A stretch of 51,540 nt of DNA from Escherichia phage brachmannus, in sequence record ON711395.1, one strand, 5' to 3'. Under the pieces are notes generated by a model, which had not been told where the DNA came from, ran no database searches, and saw only the letters and a list, made by a program, of their open reading frames with translations. Positions 45,474 through 51,540 of the stretch are shown piece after piece; the stretch's first letter is position 1, and each line of letters opens with the position of its first letter. The position numbers and the translations under genes were made by a program.

Positions 45474-45706
45474 TGATCATTGAAAACAACTTTCTTTGCG
45501 TTAAGAGCAATAGACCATTCTTCACGCCTGGCAAGGTGTACCAGGGCAAGAAGGACACAAGAGATGGTCACTCTTATCATGTTCACTGCAACAACGGATA
45601 CAAGTTTTACCTTAACGGCGAGAATGGAACTGAGATCGTTGCGTTTGAAAACGTAGTTGCAGAGTTCGAGCAGGTTACAGACGCGGAATTTGAGGAAGTG
45701 CAATAA
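45473..45706 (+). CDS. hypothetical protein (paralog of previous gene)
   Basis: 77 aa; tandem duplicate. Confidence 0.5.
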   Translation: MIIENNFLCVKSNRPFFTPGKVYQGKKDTRDGHSYHVHCNNGYKFYLNGENGTEIVAFENVVAEFEQVTDAEFEEVQ

Positions 45707-45888
45707 TGGATGATTTTACTCGGCTTGTTCTCGGCTGGATTGTGTTTCTTTTTGCGTGGCTTATCCACTGTGCGAGGCATAAATTCAGACTGAGCTATGA
45801 TAATTCATTCGTTATGACCTGCTTCAGTATTCCAGGATGGATCATTTTGCTTGTGGCTACTGCTGAATACATCCATAAAACATTTTAA
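45706..45888 (+). CDS. small membrane protein
   Basis: 60 aa with two hydrophobic segments. Confidence 0.4.
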   Translation: MDDFTRLVLGWIVFLFAWLIHCARHKFRLSYDNSFVMTCFSIPGWIILLVATAEYIHKTF

Positions 45889-45898
45889 GGATTAATAT

Positions 45899-46441
45899 AT
45901 GAAAAAATACACTTTCGAACTATGGGGCAAGAAATACGAATTAATGACCAGCAAGCCTATTGTTATCGTTGATCTGGATGGCACGCTATCTGACGGATCG
46001 CATCGTTTGCACTTGCTGCCAACCGAAAACTTGCACCTTACGGAATCGTGGAGCGAATTTAACAGGGCAGCCGCCGGAGATTCACCGATTAAGAGCACGA
46101 TTGCTGTTATCAATGGTTTGTGGGTATCTGGCTTTGCCGTCGTTATTCTTACCGGACGCAGTGACGAGGTTCGCTATGAAACCTGCAAATGGTTGAATGA
46201 GAACGGCGTGAAGTTTGACGAAATCATCATGCGCCGCCAGGAGGACAACCGAAAGGATACGGTTATTAAAGAAGAAGCCTTGCGCGCTATTGGCCTGGAC
46301 AACATTGTTTGCGCCTTTGACGATTCTCCGAACGTGGTTAAGCACTTCCGCAGCTTGGGGATAACAACCTATCAGGTCACGGAATACGACAAGCCTCACG
46401 CTCACCTGCAATCTCACGGCGTGGAGGAGTTGCAGAAATGA
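45899..46441 (+). CDS. HAD-superfamily phosphatase (PNK 3-prime-phosphatase-like)
   Basis: motif I VIVDLDGTLSD; small HAD fold size. Confidence 0.55.
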   Translation: MKKYTFELWGKKYELMTSKPIVIVDLDGTLSDGSHRLHLLPTENLHLTESWSEFNRAAAGDSPIKSTIAVINGLWVSGFAVVILTGRSDEVRYETCKWLNENGVKFDEIIMRRQEDNRKDTVIKEEALRAIGLDNIVCAFDDSPNVVKHFRSLGITTYQVTEYDKPHAHLQSHGVEELQK

Positions 46442-46647
46442 TCCTGAATGTAGCATATGCTAACCCTCGCGGCTGCAATATATACGGCTTTAAGGTTGGC
46501 GCGACGGTCAACGCCAGGATAAACGAAAAAGGCGTATTAGTTGTCAAGTCACCTAAAACTGGCATTGATATGCGCATCAAGGAGAACGGCGGAAGATTGT
46601 TTATCAGGTCAATGTCTGGTCAAACGCTCGCAACTTTCACCAAATAG
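46438..46647 (+). CDS. hypothetical protein
   Basis: 69 aa, stop TAG within motif variant. Confidence 0.45.
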   Translation: MILNVAYANPRGCNIYGFKVGATVNARINEKGVLVVKSPKTGIDMRIKENGGRLFIRSMSGQTLATFTK

Positions 46648-46663
46648 CACGAATTGCAAAAAC
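46645..46663 (+). promoter_or_regulatory. conserved motif variant TAGCACGAATTGCAAAAAC
   Basis: overlaps stop TAG of 46438 gene. Confidence 0.5.
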
Positions 46664-46718
46664 AGATCATCGGGCTTGCTGTATGGTAAGCACATCAACA
46701 ACAAACGAGGATTAAATC

Positions 46719-46982
46719 ATGGCTAACAAGATCGAATTTTTTAAAGCGGTAGACATTATTGATGGTGCGCCTAGCTTCTTTGCGATCCATTCTATTGACG
46801 GCAAGGATATTGGGTACAACGTTATCAGTCGAGATGGAATATCAAAACTTAGTGACCTGGTAGGCCATATTGTGTCAATCGGGAAATGCGCATGGCCCGA
46901 TTCGCCACGAGAGCCGCTCCGCAGCGACATGATTAATCCTGAATTGCTTTACACGCTGGTAGTAGAGGGAGAAAATAAATGA
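46719..46982 (+). CDS. hypothetical protein
   Basis: 87 aa. Confidence 0.45.
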   Translation: MANKIEFFKAVDIIDGAPSFFAIHSIDGKDIGYNVISRDGISKLSDLVGHIVSIGKCAWPDSPREPLRSDMINPELLYTLVVEGENK

Positions 46983-47164
46983 TTTGGTTACTTGCTTTTT
47001 TGGTTGTTTTTCTTTACATTTCAGGCTTGTTTACGTTCCGCGCGTTGGTGAAATATTCTGACGCGACAGACAAAGACGATAAAATCGTTCTCGCTTTCTG
47101 GTTTGTTTGGGTGTGGTTAGCAATTTACGAGAACATCAGAGACAAACAGAAATTTGAGTGGTGA
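46979..47164 (+). CDS. small membrane protein
   Basis: 61 aa hydrophobic. Confidence 0.4.
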   Translation: MIWLLAFLVVFLYISGLFTFRALVKYSDATDKDDKIVLAFWFVWVWLAIYENIRDKQKFEW

Positions 47165-47220
47165 TTCTTGCTATGGCGCATTCATGCAGTGCGCCATGTT
47201 GAGAAAACATAAAGGGGGAA

Positions 47221-47364
47221 ATGATGCGTAACTTTGAAAAAATCATTACCAAAAAGAAGCGTCGCGGGTACGATGAGCATGTGGAGTTTGTGAACAAGCA
47301 GCGCAAGAAGCGCCATAGACGCGAAATGCTGCATAATATCAACTCACGCTATGGAGGAAACTAA
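47221..47364 (+). CDS. small highly basic protein (47 aa, not in ORF track)
   Basis: AAGGGGGAA RBS then ATGATG; translation MMRNFEKIITKKKRRGYDEH...; stop abuts next start. Confidence 0.4.
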   Translation: MMRNFEKIITKKKRRGYDEHVEFVNKQRKKRHRREMLHNINSRYGGN

Positions 47365-47556
47365 ATGCAATTGCCACCATTTAACGAAAAAAGCGAAGAG
47401 ATTGCCAAAACTGCATGTCACCTTCGAGAGCTTGCCGACATGATAGATCGCGGTCAGGTTATGATTGTCAATATGGCGATTAAAAGCGAGAATAGAAATT
47501 TCAAGGTTTTAAGCGAGACAACAGAAATTACTGTGTTGAAAGCAAGGGGAGAATAA
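47365..47556 (+). CDS. hypothetical protein
   Basis: 63 aa. Confidence 0.45.
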   Translation: MQLPPFNEKSEEIAKTACHLRELADMIDRGQVMIVNMAIKSENRNFKVLSETTEITVLKARGE

Positions 47557-47558
47557 TC

Positions 47559-48149
47559 ATGAAACGAGACATTATTATCCTTAATGGGCCGCCTGGCTGT
47601 GGAAAGGACACTATTGCAGCTTACCTAACGGGCCATCGTTACCCAGCGGTTAAGGCGTCATTCAAACAGCCGATGTTCGATATTGCGTTTTCCATGCTGG
47701 GCGTGTACCTATACGATGAATTTATGGACCTGTACAACGACCGAGAACAAAAAGAAAAGCCTCAAGTTATTTTGGGCGGCAAGTCACCTCGACAATTCAT
47801 GATCTGGATTAGCGAGGATGTAATGAAGCCAGTTTTTGGAGATCACTATTTCGGGCGTCGAATGGTTGAAGAGATTCACGAGATGTACCGAGATTTGGCG
47901 GTTGTGATCAGTGATGGCGGATTCCCCGAAGAAATCAAGCCGCTGGTTAAGGCAGGGCATGAAGTGCATATTTGCCGATTGCATCGCGACGGCTTCACGT
48001 TTGCTGGCGATTCGAGAGACTATATTGACCTGAGCGGTTATCACTATCGAATCCATCACTATGACTTCCACTTGCAGGACGGCAAGCCGGAACTGGCTGT
48101 AAACGAGATCGTCAATGCTGTCAAATGGAAGCACACAAAGATTAAATAG
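47559..48149 (+). CDS. P-loop nucleotide kinase (dNMP kinase-like)
   Basis: Walker A NGPPGCGKDT close to dNMP kinase G-x-GKDT signature. Confidence 0.5.
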   Translation: MKRDIIILNGPPGCGKDTIAAYLTGHRYPAVKASFKQPMFDIAFSMLGVYLYDEFMDLYNDREQKEKPQVILGGKSPRQFMIWISEDVMKPVFGDHYFGRRMVEEIHEMYRDLAVVISDGGFPEEIKPLVKAGHEVHICRLHRDGFTFAGDSRDYIDLSGYHYRIHHYDFHLQDGKPELAVNEIVNAVKWKHTKIK

Positions 48150-48165
48150 CACGAATTGCTAAACG
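48147..48165 (+). promoter_or_regulatory. conserved motif variant TAGCACGAATTGCTAAACG + TATAAT at 22 bp
   Basis: overlaps stop TAG of kinase gene. Confidence 0.55.
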
Positions 48166-48219
48166 CGGGGCGCAATGCCTCGCTATAATGCAAACACCAA
48201 TCAACGAGAGGAAATCACA

Positions 48220-48600
48220 ATGGTTAACATCAGAAAAATCCGCGTCGGCACTAAATTCTTAGTTACTTACGCAATTCCAGATAGCGGAATGAAGAAGGGC
48301 CAGATTGTTAAGGTTGATAGCAAAAGATTTGGAATCCCTGGTATCAATGGCTATCTAATCAATAAAGATCTTGGATTCGGCGGATTCGCTATCCGTTCGC
48401 TTGAGGGTATTGTTGCCACCCTTAAACGAATCACAAATCATCGAGGCTGCCCAATCAAGACTATTAAAGCGCCAACCAATCACGGCAAACTGGATAATCG
48501 TCGAATCCGCCGCCTGGCGCGTAACGCGTTAAAATTCCGTGGCGTAGGCGATGATTTCTACTATGGATACAAGAGGATTGCGCGCAATGCTGGGAAATAA
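48220..48600 (+). CDS. hypothetical protein
   Basis: ATG 48220 with GAGAGGAAA leader (track start 48175 alternative). Confidence 0.45.
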   Translation: MVNIRKIRVGTKFLVTYAIPDSGMKKGQIVKVDSKRFGIPGINGYLINKDLGFGGFAIRSLEGIVATLKRITNHRGCPIKTIKAPTNHGKLDNRRIRRLARNALKFRGVGDDFYYGYKRIARNAGK

Positions 48601-48699
48601 CAATAACGCAACGAATCCTAAGCCACCTTTTGATTTTCATTCCGCAATGATTGCGGTATTATCAATGCTACTTTTTCTTTATAGCATGAGGGCGCTACT

Positions 48700-48948
48700 A
48701 TGGTTTTTAACGCATTGAAACGACTGTTTAAGCCGGAATACCGGATCGTATTTTGCCGCGACTGTTCTACTTATCATGTGCAGCGACGCAGCTTAGGCGG
48801 CAATTGGCACTATGTTACAGATGACTTTTTCGGCATCATTGCCACTGAATTTAAGTGTTATAGCGATGCTTATATGTACGTCAAGAAGCGCCACCGCTTA
48901 CGCAAGTGTCGTTTTTCCGCACTGATTCACTTTAATGATTGTTACTGA
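48700..48948 (+). CDS. hypothetical Cys-containing protein
   Basis: 82 aa; CRDC...C pattern. Confidence 0.4.
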   Translation: MVFNALKRLFKPEYRIVFCRDCSTYHVQRRSLGGNWHYVTDDFFGIIATEFKCYSDAYMYVKKRHRLRKCRFSALIHFNDCY

Positions 48949-48955
48949 GGTGAAA

Positions 48956-49138
48956 ATGAAAACTGGTGTTATTATTCTTTTTCTGATCCTTTTAGGCAGC
49001 CATTTAACCATTAACTATGAGGGCATTATGGCCTTTTGGGGCAACTTGATGATGTTTGCTGCTGGTTCAATTGCTGGCTACTCTGACGGGAAAAATGATG
49101 GTGTGCGCAAGATGCTGATGGGGCTTAAACAAAAATAA
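48956..49138 (+). CDS. small membrane protein
   Basis: ATG 48956 with GAGGTG RBS; two hydrophobic helices. Confidence 0.4.
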   Translation: MKTGVIILFLILLGSHLTINYEGIMAFWGNLMMFAAGSIAGYSDGKNDGVRKMLMGLKQK

Positions 49139-49149
49139 GGGGATATGAA

Positions 49150-49440
49150 ATGGCAAACAAAACTTACCGCAAACTACTGGTTAACGCTTTTGAAAACATC
49201 GCGCAGTGTAACAAGTGGAACGACTCTAAACACTCGCCAATCACAATGAAGCGCGCCGGATTCAAAAATACTCGTTCATGGGCGCGAGCTTTCGCAGCTT
49301 GCTATATGCCGGATGGCGGACTAGGGGTGATGAACGATTTTTTGATCAACATGATAGAGGAAGCTGCGCGAGAGGATCGACCGCTGACACAGCGAGATTT
49401 TGACGACTTCGCGCGCGATGAGCTTTACTATCTGAGCTAA
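49150..49440 (+). CDS. hypothetical protein
   Basis: 96 aa; stop followed by TAG of motif copy. Confidence 0.45.
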   Translation: MANKTYRKLLVNAFENIAQCNKWNDSKHSPITMKRAGFKNTRSWARAFAACYMPDGGLGVMNDFLINMIEEAAREDRPLTQRDFDDFARDELYYLS

Positions 49441-49459
49441 TAGCACTTTTTGTTAAAAC
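49441..49459 (+). promoter_or_regulatory. conserved motif + hairpin AAGGGCA...TGCCCTT
   Basis: after TAATAG. Confidence 0.55.
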
Positions 49460-49515
49460 TTCCGCAAGGGCATTTGGTAAAGTGCCCTTATTGAAGCGAA
49501 ACAGAGGAAAGCGCA

Positions 49516-49728
49516 ATGAAAATTAAAATCACCAAAATCGACACCATCAACGGAGACGGATCAATCACTCTTGAGCAATGCGGTTTGGTTGTTGGTGATG
49601 TGCTGGAAGTTGACGGTCATTTCAGCTACGGATCTTATTGTGTTATTGCGCCGCGTAACAGCGAGTTTATCAAGGCTGGCGACAATATTAGTGTTAACCA
49701 TGACGAATGCGAGGTAGTAGAAGAATGA
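49516..49728 (+). CDS. hypothetical protein
   Basis: 70 aa. Confidence 0.45.
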   Translation: MKIKITKIDTINGDGSITLEQCGLVVGDVLEVDGHFSYGSYCVIAPRNSEFIKAGDNISVNHDECEVVEE

Positions 49729-49988
49729 TCACGATTAACCTGTCAGAGCAGCAAGCGCGCATTATGTTGTCGGCCTTCGGTTGGCGAGACAATGACGGTT
49801 TACAGGCCACAGTTAAAATTTATGAGCCAGTGGCGCGTGAAGTTTTCAGCCAGCTAGAACACGCATTTGATCCTGCTGGGACTGAGCAAGCGGAAACTGC
49901 CGCATGGTTCGGAGAGAACGGATACAGAGATCAGCAAGTCGAAAACTGGAAGCGCATAAACGAGACTATGGAGGAATCAGGTTTATGA
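49725..49988 (+). CDS. hypothetical protein
   Basis: ATGA overlap with previous gene. Confidence 0.4.
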   Translation: MITINLSEQQARIMLSAFGWRDNDGLQATVKIYEPVAREVFSQLEHAFDPAGTEQAETAAWFGENGYRDQQVENWKRINETMEESGL

Positions 49989-50299
49989 TTTACATTCACT
50001 ACTACCAAATCGGAACTAACGAGAACAAAAAAGAGCATCGTTTCATCCACGATGATTTGGACAAGGCAAAGGCCCAGCAACAGGTTTTAGGCGGCGTCAT
50101 TCAGGCTTTTGAGCCTGTAGAGGATATTGAGTACCGCGAGCATTTAAAAGATGTTGTTATTGATGAGATCTCTTGCTTGATTGATGATATGACAAATCAC
50201 GGCCCTGGTTCCCCGTGGGAAGACGCAGGATCTGTAACGTGGGACAAGGCCAAAGTTAAGACGCTAAACAACTTTCGAGAGATTCTCGACGGTTTTTAA
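49985..50299 (+). CDS. hypothetical protein
   Basis: ATGA overlap with previous gene. Confidence 0.4.
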   Translation: MIYIHYYQIGTNENKKEHRFIHDDLDKAKAQQQVLGGVIQAFEPVEDIEYREHLKDVVIDEISCLIDDMTNHGPGSPWEDAGSVTWDKAKVKTLNNFREILDGF

Positions 50300-50497
50300 T
50301 TAAAAACGCATAGCCGTTAGAGCGCCTCAATCGCATTCTAACGAGCTATTTTTCTGGTAAGGTGATTTAATGGATGAGTACAAACAACCTTCGCAGTGGT
50401 GCAAAGAGAAGCAAGAAGAGGCACTGGAGCGCGGAGATGTGGAAGAAGCTATGAACTATTTCAAACTTGCGGAAGAATGGAAGGGGAGAGGATACTG

Positions 50498-50728
50498 ATG
50501 TTCGGCATGAATGAGGCGCAATTCAACGCAGCTAAACGCCAGGCTAAAAAGTGCGGCGAGGCGATGAAAGCGGATGTGGAAAAGCGCGGGAAGTATGTTG
50601 ATGAAGTAATGAAGGGCATCATTGCAGAACACTACCAGCCAATCGCGCCAATGTTGACGATCACTCAATTCATTTGGCTATGTGGTTACTTGCGTGGACG
50701 TTGGGGGAACGCTTTCGACAGGGAATGA
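50498..50728 (+). CDS. hypothetical protein
   Basis: ATG 50498 after GGGGAGAGG RBS; alternative small ORF 50370-50498 upstream. Confidence 0.35.
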   Translation: MFGMNEAQFNAAKRQAKKCGEAMKADVEKRGKYVDEVMKGIIAEHYQPIAPMLTITQFIWLCGYLRGRWGNAFDRE

Positions 50729-50890
50729 TTGACAACTCTTTCCTGATTGGTTAGCATGGCGTCGTTTACATAAGAGCGGCTTAGTCCGAACGCGTGACGC
50801 GATAGTCACACAACAACGGCGATATGCAGGAGGTTTTTGCAATGAAAAATAATCCGTAAGACGTATCGCCTTTTTTAATGGAGATCCAAA

Positions 50891-51124
50891 ATGATTAAAT
50901 ACAAATTAACCGTTTCTTTCCGTGATACCGTTATCCATCCTTTCTACAATAGCTTTGTTAACAGCTTTACAGTAGAAGCGACAGAGGATCAGCTAGACGG
51001 TGACGAAACTTGCATTTCTATTGGAAATGTTGCTTACCCGATTCACAACATTACCAGCATTAAGCGTGAGGTTGTCGCTGATGAATTACAAAGTGAAGAT
51101 GACGATCCGGCGAATGGGGCGTAA
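50891..51124 (+). CDS. hypothetical protein
   Basis: 77 aa. Confidence 0.45.
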   Translation: MIKYKLTVSFRDTVIHPFYNSFVNSFTVEATEDQLDGDETCISIGNVAYPIHNITSIKREVVADELQSEDDDPANGA

Positions 51125-51266
51125 TTGCCAATCATGCAAACAGGAATATGAATGCGTAGTTGATGCTCTTGATGAACTTGAAGCAGTAGCAAAAGCAAAA
51201 GAGCAATCGGGCGCTAATCCTGAAACACATCAATTTTCAATTAACCTTGTGAGGGCTTTACAATGA
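51099..51266 (+). CDS. small Cys-containing protein (start uncertain)
   Basis: CQSC...C pattern; overlaps previous gene end. Confidence 0.3.
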   Translation: MTIRRMGRNCQSCKQEYECVVDALDELEAVAKAKEQSGANPETHQFSINLVRALQ

Positions 51267-51487
51267 TCGCATTATCTTTCTGCATTGGTTTTATCATGGC
51301 TATCATTATCTTTTCCGTTGTCATGCGCTTTGCTTATAAGTTCGTGATCAATAAAGGCTGGTACGCTTCTGCAATCTGGAGCGAAAAACAAAAGAAATGG
51401 CTTGTACGTGGTCAATACCTGATGATCGGCAGCAAGATCCTAAATTCCATTCGAGCCAAAGATGGAAAAGTAAAATATACAGCTTAA
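51263..51487 (+). CDS. small membrane protein
   Basis: 74 aa, N-terminal TMD; followed by intrinsic terminator. Confidence 0.45.
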   Translation: MIALSFCIGFIMAIIIFSVVMRFAYKFVINKGWYASAIWSEKQKKWLVRGQYLMIGSKILNSIRAKDGKVKYTA

Positions 51488-51491
51488 AAAT

Positions 51492-51518
51492 TACCCGCCG
51501 CACGGCGGGTTTTTTATT
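51492..51518 (+). terminator. intrinsic terminator at end of plus-strand early array
   Basis: CCCGCCG-CAC-GGCGGG then T6. Confidence 0.7.
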
Positions 51519-51528
51519 GCCCGTTGTC

Positions 51529-51537
51529 TGGTATAAT
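51529..51537 (+). promoter_or_regulatory. extended -10 element TGgTATAAT at window end
   Basis: perfect TGnTATAAT after terminator; would read toward terS if genome is circular or permuted. Confidence 0.4.
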
Positions 51538-51540
51538 CAG

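Noticed and set aside
47173-47200. Inverted repeat ATGGCGCA...TGCGCCAT as a terminator
   Set aside because: It is not followed by a T-run, so it is more likely an RNA stability element or protein-binding site.

Overview
The window reads as a complete or near-complete genome of a virulent T1-like (Drexlerviridae-type) enterobacterial siphophage, about 51.5 kb, arranged to start at the terminase genes. No BLAST or HMM search was possible, so all protein calls rest on motifs read in the translations, gene order and size. Layout: a plus-strand late module (26-20560) with terminase, portal, capsid, a lambda-like tail set (tape measure-M-L-K-I-J) and a -1 frameshifted chaperone pair; minus-strand fibre-associated ORFs and a cor/llp-like lipoprotein gene (20587-21750); a plus-strand recombination module (22252-24533: RecE-like exonuclease, Erf, SSB); minus-strand tail fibre, primase and HTH genes (24565-29076); plus-strand helicase, VRR-NUC, Dam methylase, phosphoesterase and lysis cassette (29164-35589); a minus-strand early block (35601-42095) with a second HNH endonuclease, a P-loop ATPase and a C5-methyltransferase-like gene; and a plus-strand array of small early genes (42772-51487). 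No integrase, repressor, tRNA or CRISPR array was seen. The most unusual signal is a 19-bp motif (AAA)TAGCACTTTTTGTTAAAAC in about 19 intergenic copies, usually overlapping the upstream stop codon and followed by a GC-rich hairpin and a -10-like hexamer about 22 bp downstream of TTGTTA. Other notable points are two related AT-rich divergent control regions, a Dam plus C5-methyltransferase-like pair, two AT-rich HNH-AP2 endonuclease genes, and fibre ORFs split at homopolymer runs. Motif and hairpin coordinates were indexed by eye and may be off by 1-2 nt; several ORF-track starts (TTG/GTG) were moved to the first ATG with a Shine-Dalgarno sequence.
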